A stretch of DNA of 64,000 nucleotides from NCBI GenBank assembly GCA_013388895.1, contig JACAEK010000052.1, positions 6,684 through 70,683 on the forward strand, written 5' to 3'. A program made the translations under genes and the position numbers. The DNA comes from Candidatus Bathyarchaeota archaeon. GTDB taxonomy: Archaea > Thermoproteota > Bathyarchaeia > Bathyarchaeales > Bathycorpusculaceae. The notes under the pieces were generated by a model. The model had not been told where the DNA came from and made no database searches. It saw nothing but the letters and a program-made list of their open reading frames with translations. Below are positions 28,625 through 38,123 of the stretch, one piece after another; the first letter of the stretch is position 1, and each line of letters starts with the position of its first letter.

Positions 28625-29332
28625 ATGTGCATTACCTTGCTTCAGAAGATTTCCACTGGCTGCGGAGAAATTGACAAGATTCTTGGAGGAGGCTTGTCAT
28701 TTGACAGCGTTAGCCTAGTCTATGGGGAAGCAGAGACAGGTAAAACAACTTTGGCCATGCAATGCGCAATAAACTGTGCTAGACAAGGTTACAAAACATT
28801 ATTCATAGACTGCGACGGCACTTTCTCAGCGAGAAGGCTTTCTCAAATGATTCCCGAAAAATTCAAAGAAATCACAGAGCTGATAATTTTAATGAGACCA
28901 AACAACTTCCACGAACAGACTGCCGCTATTGACACATTAACAAATTTTGTAACCAAAAATTTTGGGCTAATTGTGTTCGACACGGTCACAACATTGTATC
29001 GGGTTGAAATCTCGGAGTCTCCAGAGAAAACATTTGAGCTTAATCGTGAATTAAATAGGCAAATAGCGTTGTTGGCACAAATTGCCAAAACTCAGAAAAT
29101 TGCCGTTTTAATAACAAGCCAGGTGCACAGTTTCTTTCACGATGCTTATGTAAGCATAGAACCAGTTGCCACAAGAGTTTTAAGATTTTGGGCTGACACA
29201 ATAATTGCCATGAAGCTCACTGAAAATCCGCGAATAATCAAAGCAGTCTTGGAAAAGAGTCCAGTGAAGGTAAATGTTGTTAATCCTCCTTTTTGGCATT
29301 TGAAAGTGGAAGGCACGGGAATACATGAGTAG
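28625..29332 (+). CDS. radB: RecA-superfamily ATPase RadB
   Basis: Sequence STGCGEIDKILGGGL...VYGEAETGKTTLAMQ, about 235 aa with no N-terminal HhH domain. Confidence 0.8.
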   Translation: MCITLLQKISTGCGEIDKILGGGLSFDSVSLVYGEAETGKTTLAMQCAINCARQGYKTLFIDCDGTFSARRLSQMIPEKFKEITELIILMRPNNFHEQTAAIDTLTNFVTKNFGLIVFDTVTTLYRVEISESPEKTFELNRELNRQIALLAQIAKTQKIAVLITSQVHSFFHDAYVSIEPVATRVLRFWADTIIAMKLTENPRIIKAVLEKSPVKVNVVNPPFWHLKVEGTGIHE

Positions 29333-29343
29333 GTTGTAGGACG

Positions 29344-29832
29344 ATGCTGCAACTAATAATCGAAGCCTTACAGTTTATATTTCCCGCCTACTGCGCAAAT
29401 GCCATACCAGTAGTTGCTGGCGGCGACAACCCCCTAGATCTGGGAAAAAAATTCTTTGATGGACAACCGATTTTCGGAAAAAACAAGACTTTCCGAGGCT
29501 TCTTTTCCGGACTTGTTGTTGGAACTGCCGTCGGTCTGGCAGAAAGTATGATTTTTGGCTATCCCTTTCTTTTCGGTTTCATATTATCTTTAGGTGCTTT
29601 GCTTGGGGATTTAGCTGGAGCCTTCATAAAGCGACGACTTGAATTATCACCAGGCAACATGTTGCCAATTGTTGACCAACTTGATTTTGTAGTTGGCGCA
29701 ATCTTGTTTTCGTTTTTCGTTATGACTATTTCTTGGGAACTCATCCTTGTCGTATTGCTTATAACTCCTCCCATACATCTGTTAACGAATTTTGCAGCCT
29801 ATAAATTGGGTTTGAAAAGCAATCCTTGGTAG
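29344..29832 (+). CDS. carS: CDP-archaeol synthase
   Basis: DUF46-type membrane protein with PAYCANAIPVV...PLDLG...NKTFRG. Confidence 0.8.
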   Translation: MLQLIIEALQFIFPAYCANAIPVVAGGDNPLDLGKKFFDGQPIFGKNKTFRGFFSGLVVGTAVGLAESMIFGYPFLFGFILSLGALLGDLAGAFIKRRLELSPGNMLPIVDQLDFVVGAILFSFFVMTISWELILVVLLITPPIHLLTNFAAYKLGLKSNPW

Positions 29833-29858
29833 GATTTAGGAATAAGAGTAAAATGCGG

Positions 29859-30293
29859 TTATACGCCTTTCCAGATATGCATTACAAGTTCGAGGGATGC
29901 ATACGCCAACAGCAATAGAGTTGCACCTACGATAAACATCATGTATGCTTGTCTAGGCTTGTACGCGTATTTTGTGCTCTGGTATATCATTATTAATCCA
30001 ATTGTACCAAAAGCGTATAGAATTGTGGCAACGAGGCTGTCAGCAATGAATTGTTCTGAGACTTGCGGGTAAATCAGAATAAAGTGTCCTCCATAATAAA
30101 CGGCTGGATATGGCCGCACTATTAAGTTGTATACGCCGCCTCCAAACAAAAAAATCGCAAGAGCAATCGTGATTGCTGAGAGAATAGAGGTCGACGGTTT
30201 TGTTGTTGAAAATCTTTGATATATCTTGTTCAAGGAATAAGACATGGATGACATTCTTCTCTTAACAGTCTTTGACATTTCTTTCTTCTCCAT
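29859..30293 (-). CDS. Small three-TM membrane protein, unknown function
   Basis: Basic N-terminus followed by three hydrophobic helices. Overlaps the preceding small gene. Confidence 0.5.
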   Translation of the reverse strand: MEKKEMSKTVKRRMSSMSYSLNKIYQRFSTTKPSTSILSAITIALAIFLFGGGVYNLIVRPYPAVYYGGHFILIYPQVSEQFIADSLVATILYAFGTIGLIMIYQSTKYAYKPRQAYMMFIVGATLLLLAYASLELVMHIWKGV

Positions 30294-30528
30294 TTTTCAC
30301 TAGATATTCAGCCACTTCTTTAGCCCATTCTCCAGTAAAAGGATTCTTAACAATCTCGCTTAAATACTCTTTCCAAGATATTTCCAAAGCTTTATTCCAA
30401 ATCTTATACTTTCCATCGACGCTTTCATATGCTTTCATGTGTAACTTGCAAAAACCGTTTTTGATAGCTTTTCTATTGCATATTTTACAGTTCAACCTTT
30501 CTTCCTCCATTTTTCTTTTGATGGACAT
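30262..30528 (-). CDS. Small Cys/His protein, unknown function
   Basis: Sequence CKICNRKAIKNGFCKLH. The likely start is ATG 30528 or 30510, overlapping the topA 3' end. The longer 141-aa track ORF runs inside topA. Confidence 0.4.
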   Translation of the reverse strand: MSIKRKMEEERLNCKICNRKAIKNGFCKLHMKAYESVDGKYKIWNKALEISWKEYLSEIVKNPFTGEWAKEVAEYLVKNGEERNVKDC

Positions 30529-32573
30529 TTTGCATTGAGACATAATGTCCAAGATTGTTTTCCCTTCATTCGAACCTGCACTGTAGGCCAACCACATTTG
30601 TGACAGTTTCGATCGCGAGTTGTCACGCTGCCTTTCTGTGGAAGCGGATATGAAGCTTTGCATGTTCCTTTGAAATAGTTTGTGCATCCGGCGAATCGTT
30701 TTCCTGTTTTTCTCGAATACAAAATTACAAGGTGTCCTTTTTTACAGATTAGGCATGTGCCAATTGTTCTTTCTTCAAACTTTGCTTTTTTTACAGCATT
30801 GCTTAATTGTTCGCCGATTATCTTTTCTTTCGCTTTTAGTTTTTCCACGACTAATTTGAGGTTTTCAACTGTTTCTGTAAGAACATTTTCTCTTTTTTCG
30901 CTATTCCCTTGAATCCTATTCATTTTCTCTTCAAGCTCTTTTGTTAGCTTTATCGAAATAACAGTGGGACAATAGTTGTGCAAAATCTCAAAAACCTCGA
31001 AGCCCAAGTCAGTTGCAGTCATCTTTTCGTCTGTGACATAATTTCTGTCGTATAATGTTTGTATGATTGCTGCTCTGGTGGCTTTTGTACCGATTTCTGC
31101 GTCTTCCATTCTTTCAAGAAGGGTGCCCGGATTATATCGCGGCGACGGTTTAGTGAATTTGTCTTCTGAAATTGCTTTTCTAATGGGGATGGTTTGTCCT
31201 TCTTTCATTGGAGGCAACAGAACTTCCTGTGTCTGTGAGTGGGGCTTATAGAAGCGTAGCCAGCCTTCCTCTAAGGTTTGTCTTCCTCTCAAGTAGAAGT
31301 GATGCCCATTGACGTTGATGGACACTTTCATGCTTTGTCTTAAGGTTGGTTCGCCAAAAACTGCCATGAATCTGCGAACGACAAGGTCCCAAATGTTGCT
31401 TTCAGCACTGTCTAAGGTTCTTTCAGGCAAGTTTCCAGTTGGATATATAGCTGGATGTGCGGGGTCTTCTTTCCGTCCCTCATTAGGCTTCAATTCTGTT
31501 TGCGCGAGAAGCTCTGCCGTAAGCTTCGTGTATTCAGGGACTCGGTTTAGATTCTTCAGTATTGTTTCGTACTTTATTGCGGGCGGCAGTTTTTGGCTGC
31601 TAGTTCTTGGGTAAGAAATCAAAGCGTCTAAATACAGGCGTTGAGCGATGTTTGATGTGCGCATCGGCGTATAACCGAAAAGCCTGTAAGCTTCACTTTG
31701 CAAGGCTCCCAAATCAAATGGTGCTGGCGGCGTTTGCTGAAACTTTTTAACATCTATTTTATCTATCTGACCGTTCTTTCCTCTACAGGCGTTAATTACC
31801 GAATTTGCTTCTCTTTTTGTTTCGATAATTCTCTTCTCATATTCTGCTTCAAAAATTGAACCATTTATCTCCACTTCTGCCCTTACACTCCAGTAGGGAG
31901 TGGGCACAAAACTTTTGATGGTTTTTTCCTTAGCTACAATGAATCTGAGTGTTGGACCTTGCACTCTTCCCGTGCTCAATGTTGCGTACTGTCCGCTCCA
32001 ATTCTTTGCTGCTATCGTTAATGCGCGTGAAAGGTTTATGCCATAAAGCCAGTCGACCTCATGCCTTGCCATTCCAGCCTCTATGAAGGCGAAATCCAGA
32101 TGTGGCAGCATTTCTCTGTAGGATTTCTCTAGCGCCTCTTTGGTTAATGTGGAATATTTCATGCGTCTTGAGACGTTTTCTTTGTTGTTGCATGCGTATT
32201 TGAGTATGCAGTATCCGATGATGCTTCCTTCAATATCATAGTCACACGCATCAATGAACATGTCTGCCTCACTTGCAAGTTTCGAAATTACTTCTATCCA
32301 TTTGCGAGTTTGTTTTGCGTTTTTTTCAGCTACGTATCTTGGTACCCATTTGAAGTTGAAAACTGGATAACTGTTTCTTTTACCTTCTTCTCCCGCAACT
32401 GTGTATAGATGCCCTATGGAGGGAACAACAATCAGGTCATTGTCTCGCTTTGCCAAGTAATATGGAACTCCGTTATCATTCATTTTCCTAGCTTTTCCTT
32501 GAGCGTCTAGTGCTGAAGCTATTCTCTGTGCTGCGTCAGGTTTTTCAGTTATAATCAATGTGCAATTTCCCAT
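30492..32573 (-). CDS. topA: DNA topoisomerase, type IA
   Basis: TOPRIM start LIITEKPDAA, active-site region ISYPRTSS and C-terminal CxxC zinc ribbons. Confidence 0.9.
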   Translation of the reverse strand: MGNCTLIITEKPDAAQRIASALDAQGKARKMNDNGVPYYLAKRDNDLIVVPSIGHLYTVAGEEGKRNSYPVFNFKWVPRYVAEKNAKQTRKWIEVISKLASEADMFIDACDYDIEGSIIGYCILKYACNNKENVSRRMKYSTLTKEALEKSYREMLPHLDFAFIEAGMARHEVDWLYGINLSRALTIAAKNWSGQYATLSTGRVQGPTLRFIVAKEKTIKSFVPTPYWSVRAEVEINGSIFEAEYEKRIIETKREANSVINACRGKNGQIDKIDVKKFQQTPPAPFDLGALQSEAYRLFGYTPMRTSNIAQRLYLDALISYPRTSSQKLPPAIKYETILKNLNRVPEYTKLTAELLAQTELKPNEGRKEDPAHPAIYPTGNLPERTLDSAESNIWDLVVRRFMAVFGEPTLRQSMKVSINVNGHHFYLRGRQTLEEGWLRFYKPHSQTQEVLLPPMKEGQTIPIRKAISEDKFTKPSPRYNPGTLLERMEDAEIGTKATRAAIIQTLYDRNYVTDEKMTATDLGFEVFEILHNYCPTVISIKLTKELEEKMNRIQGNSEKRENVLTETVENLKLVVEKLKAKEKIIGEQLSNAVKKAKFEERTIGTCLICKKGHLVILYSRKTGKRFAGCTNYFKGTCKASYPLPQKGSVTTRDRNCHKCGWPTVQVRMKGKQSWTLCLNAKCPSKEKWRKKG

Positions 32574-32717
32574 GTTCTCAGCCTTGTAAACGTATTAGCG
32601 ACGAGTTCCCAAAAAGTAAACGATTCTGAGATTAAAAAATTTTTATGCCACACTGCAGTCAGTCAGCTTCTGATGAGCAATCAATAAATATCCCGCGTAT
32701 GCTTATTCCTTAATATT

Positions 32718-32900
32718 ATGCGGAGTGTATTGCCTTTGCCTCAACGTGTTGTATGTCAACAATGTGGATGCGTATTGCATGAAGGTCCTGAACTGAAACC
32801 ACCAGACGAAATTTTGCACCTGCACAATGGCAAGTGTCCTAAATGTGGCAAAAAGCTTTCACTAATACCGATTAATGTGGATGTTACCCCGGTAAAATAA
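32718..32900 (+). CDS. Small zinc-ribbon protein
   Basis: 60 aa with CQQCG ... CPKCG. Confidence 0.4.
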   Translation: MRSVLPLPQRVVCQQCGCVLHEGPELKPPDEILHLHNGKCPKCGKKLSLIPINVDVTPVK

Positions 32901-32932
32901 GCTAACCGAAGGAAAAAATCTTGCCAGAGAAC

Positions 32933-34063
32933 ATGCGTAGGATTCAACTCAACGACTTGCACAAGCAGAATGCGAAAATGACAGTTTTTGCAGGTTTCGA
33001 AATGCCTCTGTTCTACAAAGGCGTGATAATCGAACACTTAGCAGTGCGAAACAGTGTTGGCATTTTCGACATTTCTCACATGGGACGCGTGATAGTTGAA
33101 GGCGTCGATTCTGAACGTTTCCTAAACTACTTGATAACAAATGATGTTTCTAAACTTTCACCAAATAACGCACAATATGCTGTCATGTGTAATGAAAACG
33201 GCGGAATAATTGACGACTTTGTGCTGTATCGCCTAGAAAAAGAGAAGTTCATGGTTATTCCAAACGCGGCCAACAGAGAAAAAGACTACAACTGGATTGT
33301 CAAAAATCCCAAAAATTTCAATGTAAAGATCAAAGAAATCTCTGACGAAGTTGCAATGTTCGCAGTTCAAGGTCCAAACGCTGAAAAGACGCTGCAAAAA
33401 ATCTCTGCTGAAGAGCTAAATAGAATTGAGCGATTCAAATGTGTACCTTCACGTTTAGCAGATGTTGATGTCTTTCTATCTCGAACAGGTTATACGGGTG
33501 AAGATGGTTTCGAAATTTTTGTATGGGGCGCCTCTCTGGAAAAGCCAGATAATGCCGTGAAATTGTGGAAAGCCATTCTAGAAGCTGGCAAACCTTTCGG
33601 AATAGAACAATGTGGATTAGAAGCAAGAGATACATTAAGGCTTGAGGCTGGAATGTGTCTGTATGGAAACGACATTGACGAAAACACAACCCCTTTAGAA
33701 GCAGCACTGGGATTTGTAGTTAAGCTCCAAAAAGACGATTTCATAGGAAAAGAAGCACTGCAAAAACAGAAAAACGAGGGAATTAAACACAAACGTGTCG
33801 GCGTACAGATTATTGAACAAGGAATACCTCGACGAGGCCACGAGATTTACAACGACAAAAAAGAAAAAATAGGATATGTGACGAGCGGAACATTTTCGCC
33901 CTTGCTGAAATATGGTGTTGGAATGGCCTACGTTCAGGCATCTCAAGCCTTGGAAAGAAACGTCGTGAACGTAAAGATACGCGAAAAAATGGTAAAGGGA
34001 AAAATAATGGCATTTCCATTTTATGACCCTGAAAGCTTTGGCTACAAACGAAAAGCAACGTAA
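32933..34063 (+). CDS. gcvT: Glycine cleavage system T protein (aminomethyltransferase)
   Basis: Motifs FAGFEMPLFYKG, GIFDISHMGR and GYTGEDGFEI. Confidence 0.9.
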   Translation: MRRIQLNDLHKQNAKMTVFAGFEMPLFYKGVIIEHLAVRNSVGIFDISHMGRVIVEGVDSERFLNYLITNDVSKLSPNNAQYAVMCNENGGIIDDFVLYRLEKEKFMVIPNAANREKDYNWIVKNPKNFNVKIKEISDEVAMFAVQGPNAEKTLQKISAEELNRIERFKCVPSRLADVDVFLSRTGYTGEDGFEIFVWGASLEKPDNAVKLWKAILEAGKPFGIEQCGLEARDTLRLEAGMCLYGNDIDENTTPLEAALGFVVKLQKDDFIGKEALQKQKNEGIKHKRVGVQIIEQGIPRRGHEIYNDKKEKIGYVTSGTFSPLLKYGVGMAYVQASQALERNVVNVKIREKMVKGKIMAFPFYDPESFGYKRKAT

Positions 34064-34129
34064 AGAGCGTTGGTAAACCGCAAGGGAAATAAAAGACTTC
34101 AGCAATCTTTGTAGAAAAGAGATGAATCA

Positions 34130-36394
34130 GTGATGGGGATTGGAGACGTCCTATCAAAGGAACGCGTTGTCAATGGCTTAAAAAGCCTAGGAAAACTGCG
34201 ACTAACAGTGAACCACGCTTCACTACTTACTTTTTCGACATTACTACTAATTCTTTTCATCGCTTTTGTCATTCGCGTATTACCGATAAAATGGGAAATA
34301 CAAGCAGGTTCAATACATCTGTCAGAATTTGATCCATACTTCCAATTTCGATTCACAGAATACATAGTAAAACACGGTTTTATCTCATGGAATTGGCCGC
34401 AACCTTGGATAGACTATCAGCGTTGGTATCCATGGGGGATATCTATTGCGATGCAGGGATTTCCAGCCTTACCTTTTACGACGGCCTTCCTTTACAATAT
34501 AGTTACTGCATTAGGCGTGAACATTGAGTTGATGTCTTTCTGCGCCATTATCCCGCCAATAATGGGCATGTTGGCTTGTTTGGCGCTTTATTTCTTGGGC
34601 AAAGATATTGGAGGAAAAACTGTTGGACTATTTGCGGCTTTATTTTTAGCCCTAAGTTCTTCTTTTCTCCAGCGAACATCGCTGGGATTTTATGATGACG
34701 AAGCAATCGGAATAGCAGCTCTCATAATATTTTTAATCATGTTTTTGAGGGCAATTGATGAGAATAGGCCTCAATCTTCTTCTATGAAGTATGCGGTTGG
34801 TGCCGGACTAGCCTTGGGGTATTTTTCAGCTGGATGGGGCGCTGCTTACTATCCAATAGATGCTACCGCAGTGTTTGTACTTGTGTTGATTTTGCTCAAG
34901 CGATACTCGCAACGATTGCTTCTGTCCTACAGCCTAACATTTGGCTTAGGATTATTTATCGCCATAAACGTTCCAAAACTTTCACCAACCTATCTTGCAA
35001 CTGCTCCAATTTTAGCCGCTTCTGGAGTCTTTCTGTTACTTTGTGTCTATGAAATCTCTCAGGTCTTAACAACTATGAAATTGAAAGTCATATTTGTCGC
35101 CGCCTTCTTAGCCTTGATAGTTGGCGGTTTTGTTGCACTTTGGCAACTTGGATATATGCAAGATATAGCTGGAAAGTTTCTATCGGTTATTAATCCATTT
35201 ACACGCATAACTTCACCTCTTACCGAATCCGTCGCTGAACATAGAATTTCAGCGTGGGGTTCTATATACTACGAATTTGGGATGACAATATTGTTCTTTA
35301 TAATTGGGCTGTTCTTTGTTTTGAGAAATCTAAATAATAGAAACTTGTTTCTCCTAATTCTTGGCTTGACGTCGCTTTACTTCGCCAGCTCTATGGTGCG
35401 GTTGTTCGTGCTTATGGCTCCAATATTTGGTCTTCTGGGAGCTATTGGAATAGTTGGTATACTAAGACCGTTTATCACGTTGCTTAAAGAACCGCCGAAA
35501 ATTGTTACGAAGAGAAAATACAGTTTGGATTATGTTGGCAAAGAATTCAGCGGTATCACTATTCTGTTAATATTCCTTATTCTGACGACAAACTTTGCCT
35601 TATCTCCTCAGACTGGTGGCGTACCCAAAGTGTATAGTCAGGCTTATGCTCCAATCACCATCACGGTAGGAAGTATTCCAATAGTGCCCTACGAGCCAGT
35701 TAGAGAATGGGTAGATATGCTCGAATATACAAGAGAACTTGGAGCATCAACGGTCGTGTGCAGTTGGTGGGATTATGGATACTGGCTTACCGTACTAGGC
35801 AATGTAACAAGCCTCTGCGACAATGCTACAATAAACGGTACGCAGATAGAAAACGTAGGTTTCATTTTCATTGCCAATGAGACGCAGTCAATAAAAATGC
35901 TCAAAGAATACGACGCCAATTATACCTTGGTATTCACGACCATTGACACTAGTGGAAACTGGGTGGGCGTAGGAGATGAAGGAAAATGGGGCTGGATGGC
36001 GCGAATTTCCGGCAAAGGAAAAGACCGCCTCATAAGTAGCGGTTTTATGGATGCTAGTAACTCGTGGGGTGATTCGCTAGAAGATGCAGAGAAATTTGGA
36101 AATTATACTCTGGGCTATGACGCTACTGACAGTAATGAAGACGGTGATTATGAAGATGATGGCGAAATATATGCTAATGCTAAAGGACAAAACACAACAA
36201 TCTATAAACTTATGACTTACGCAAGAGATCTGTGGCTTTATGAGAATGGTATCAGTGATTCAGAACCCACAGCACCCGAATACTTCGAAGCAGCCTTCAT
36301 TGCTGGATTAAGCCTATCAGCAGACGACGCTGACAAATATGGTGGCATTGTTCCTCTAGTGGCGCTTTATGAAGTCAAGTATCCAAGTTCTTAA
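34130..36394 (+). CDS. aglB: Archaeal oligosaccharyltransferase AglB (STT3)
   Basis: Multi-TM N-terminal half with EFDPYF, and the catalytic WWDYGYW motif. Confidence 0.9.
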   Translation: MMGIGDVLSKERVVNGLKSLGKLRLTVNHASLLTFSTLLLILFIAFVIRVLPIKWEIQAGSIHLSEFDPYFQFRFTEYIVKHGFISWNWPQPWIDYQRWYPWGISIAMQGFPALPFTTAFLYNIVTALGVNIELMSFCAIIPPIMGMLACLALYFLGKDIGGKTVGLFAALFLALSSSFLQRTSLGFYDDEAIGIAALIIFLIMFLRAIDENRPQSSSMKYAVGAGLALGYFSAGWGAAYYPIDATAVFVLVLILLKRYSQRLLLSYSLTFGLGLFIAINVPKLSPTYLATAPILAASGVFLLLCVYEISQVLTTMKLKVIFVAAFLALIVGGFVALWQLGYMQDIAGKFLSVINPFTRITSPLTESVAEHRISAWGSIYYEFGMTILFFIIGLFFVLRNLNNRNLFLLILGLTSLYFASSMVRLFVLMAPIFGLLGAIGIVGILRPFITLLKEPPKIVTKRKYSLDYVGKEFSGITILLIFLILTTNFALSPQTGGVPKVYSQAYAPITITVGSIPIVPYEPVREWVDMLEYTRELGASTVVCSWWDYGYWLTVLGNVTSLCDNATINGTQIENVGFIFIANETQSIKMLKEYDANYTLVFTTIDTSGNWVGVGDEGKWGWMARISGKGKDRLISSGFMDASNSWGDSLEDAEKFGNYTLGYDATDSNEDGDYEDDGEIYANAKGQNTTIYKLMTYARDLWLYENGISDSEPTAPEYFEAAFIAGLSLSADDADKYGGIVPLVALYEVKYPSS

Positions 36395-36406
36395 GGAAGA
36401 AATAAC

Positions 36407-37285
36407 TTGTTTCCGAAAGCGTCTGATTTGCACAAGCCTAACAAGCCTCTAATTCCTAATGGCTTAGGTGTAATCTACGTTTTGGCTAGCGCAACCTACC
36501 TCTTTCTCTTGTACTATTACTTTCAAACAACTGGGGCAGAAGTTGCTAACGATGTTGCTTCTGCTTTGGTCTTGGCTGTCTGTGTCTTGTTTGGTGGTTT
36601 CATGGGTTTGCTGGACGATTGGATGGATTTACGGTGGCGGTATAAGGCTTTCTTTCCGTTGATAGCTGCGATACCGCTTATTTCATTAGCCACTAGACTA
36701 CCGCTGAGAACGTATATTGTGCTTCCTTTTTTTGGGATAATAGACTTCGGCGTCTACTACTATTTCATAATCATTCCACTTATTGTAACCATAGCCACAA
36801 ACACAGTAAATCAACTCGGCGGATTAAATGGTCTGGAAACAATTTGCCCAGGAATAATTTTGAGCGGGTTAATGTTGCTTTCTGGTTCTAGTGCAATATT
36901 GCTTGCTGTTCCATTCTTTGTCTGGTTTGTTCTTGCGTTTTTCAATTTTAGAGGCAAGATTTTTGTTGGTAATACTGGTTCTTTTGCTATTGGCATAACG
37001 TTAGCTGCCTTTGCAATAATTTCTGACCTGAAAACTAGTTTGCTGGTTTCGCTTTTGCCTTATATTTTTAACTCTTCTCTAATTCTGTTGACTTATTTTC
37101 TTTTTAGAACTAAGGCGGCTGTTTGGTTTGATGGTGAAAAATTATCTGCTAGTCATAGACGGAGTTTGATTACTGTTGTTGCGCACAATCGGCGTTTAAC
37201 TGAGCGGCAGGTTGTTGTGATAATTTCGCTTTTGGTGGCGGCTTCTACTTCTCTCGCCGTTTTGGTGCAGTTGTTTTGGACGTAG
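36407..37285 (+). CDS. aglH: GT4 polyprenyl-phosphate HexNAc-1-phosphate transferase (MraY/WecA/AglH family)
   Basis: Multi-TM protein with DDWMDLR and NTVNQLGGLNGLE. Lies directly after aglB. Confidence 0.75.
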   Translation: MFPKASDLHKPNKPLIPNGLGVIYVLASATYLFLLYYYFQTTGAEVANDVASALVLAVCVLFGGFMGLLDDWMDLRWRYKAFFPLIAAIPLISLATRLPLRTYIVLPFFGIIDFGVYYYFIIIPLIVTIATNTVNQLGGLNGLETICPGIILSGLMLLSGSSAILLAVPFFVWFVLAFFNFRGKIFVGNTGSFAIGITLAAFAIISDLKTSLLVSLLPYIFNSSLILLTYFLFRTKAAVWFDGEKLSASHRRSLITVVAHNRRLTERQVVVIISLLVAASTSLAVLVQLFWT

Positions 37286-37423
37286 CCATTTAGCGCTAGA
37301 GTCTTGTATGTCTTATTGTGTTACACACAAAAGGCAAAAATCAGTTTTAGGCGAGGCTTACTTGCGAAGTCTGACACTTAGTCACCATACTGTCTATGAG
37401 AGGAATCAACTATTTGCCCAACA

Positions 37424-37942
37424 TTGTACATTCCGAATGTTTCGGTTAAGGTAGACATAACTAGTTTGGTAGGTGTTCGTTTAGGTGTCAGGGGCGGTGG
37501 AGCTGAAACGGTCAATTTTGATGTGAAAGCTAAGCTTGAAGAGAAAGAGCGCAAAAGTCAATTTGTCGTTGTGGGTTTCAATCTTCTTGTTGCGACGAAG
37601 CCGAGTGTTGTGAAGTTTGAGGTGGAGGGCACGGCAACTTTGACGGGTAAGGATGCGGAAATAAGTAAGATGTTGGAGGTTGACCCTGAGATAAAAGTCC
37701 CATACGTTTTTCAAAGGGTCTATCAATTTGCATTTACTGCGATGTATTTGGTGTCAACGGTGTTGAATGCGCCACCGCCACCTCAGAATTTACTTTTCCC
37801 ACAAAAGGAAGGGGTTCCAGTTGGGGAGATAAGTGTAGACGTGGAAGCGGCGCCAAAAGAGACGGTGAGTGTTCAGGCTGCACCACCACCGAGCGAAGAG
37901 TCAAGTGAAGAGAAAAGTGAAGTCAGCGTCTCTAATCAATAA
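37424..37942 (+). CDS. Hypothetical protein with Pro-rich linker and acidic Ser/Glu tail
   Basis: 172-aa ORF with a TTG start. A beta-rich N-terminal part is followed by PPPPQ and PPPSEESSEEKSE. Confidence 0.4.
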   Translation: MYIPNVSVKVDITSLVGVRLGVRGGGAETVNFDVKAKLEEKERKSQFVVVGFNLLVATKPSVVKFEVEGTATLTGKDAEISKMLEVDPEIKVPYVFQRVYQFAFTAMYLVSTVLNAPPPPQNLLFPQKEGVPVGEISVDVEAAPKETVSVQAAPPPSEESSEEKSEVSVSNQ

Positions 37943-37982
37943 TACAAAATGGACAGAAGTCTAGCTCTCTGCTGAGCCTAGA

Positions 37983-38005
37983 CCCCCCTTATATATAGAT
38001 TGAAC
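37983..38005 (+). promoter_or_regulatory. C-tract + TATA + GATTGAA motif (copy B), probable queT promoter
   Basis: CCCCCCTTATATATAGATTGAAC matches copy A at 21 of 23 positions. It lies about 120 nt upstream of the queT GTG. Confidence 0.5.
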
Positions 38006-38058
38006 TGTTGCTTCTTTCAGCAAAATTTAATAGCGTAATTCATATGTTTGGTTGTATT

Positions 38059-38116
38059 GGCGGGTGAGTGGGCCTCCACCCGTTCCGCCACTAATAAACC
38101 CCGGGCGTAGGAGGTG
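38059..38116 (+). promoter_or_regulatory. GC-rich structured 5' leader; candidate riboswitch or translational regulator of queT
   Basis: Hairpin CGGGTG/CACCCG. Loop AGTGG is complementary to downstream CCACT. CCTCC is complementary to the SD GGAGG at 38110-38114. Confidence 0.35.
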
Positions 38117-38123
38117 AAAAAGA

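Noticed and set aside
32660-32717. CTGATGA box upstream of the small zinc-ribbon gene as a C/D-box sRNA
   Set aside because: No matching D box (CTGA) or terminal stem lies at the appropriate distance.
33435-34157. Cluster of 90-136-aa minus-strand ORFs opposite gcvT
   Set aside because: They are antisense shadows of a well-supported gene. The proteins are low-complexity and Phe/Leu/Ser/Cys-rich, with no motifs.
38059-38116. Leader as a fluoride (crcB), TPP or canonical preQ1-I riboswitch
   Set aside because: I could not find the conserved cores I remember: the CTGAGA and ACCTGA boxes of TPP, the GGCGATG...CTGATGAT of crcB, or the preQ1-I loop consensus. It is kept only as an unclassified structured-leader candidate.
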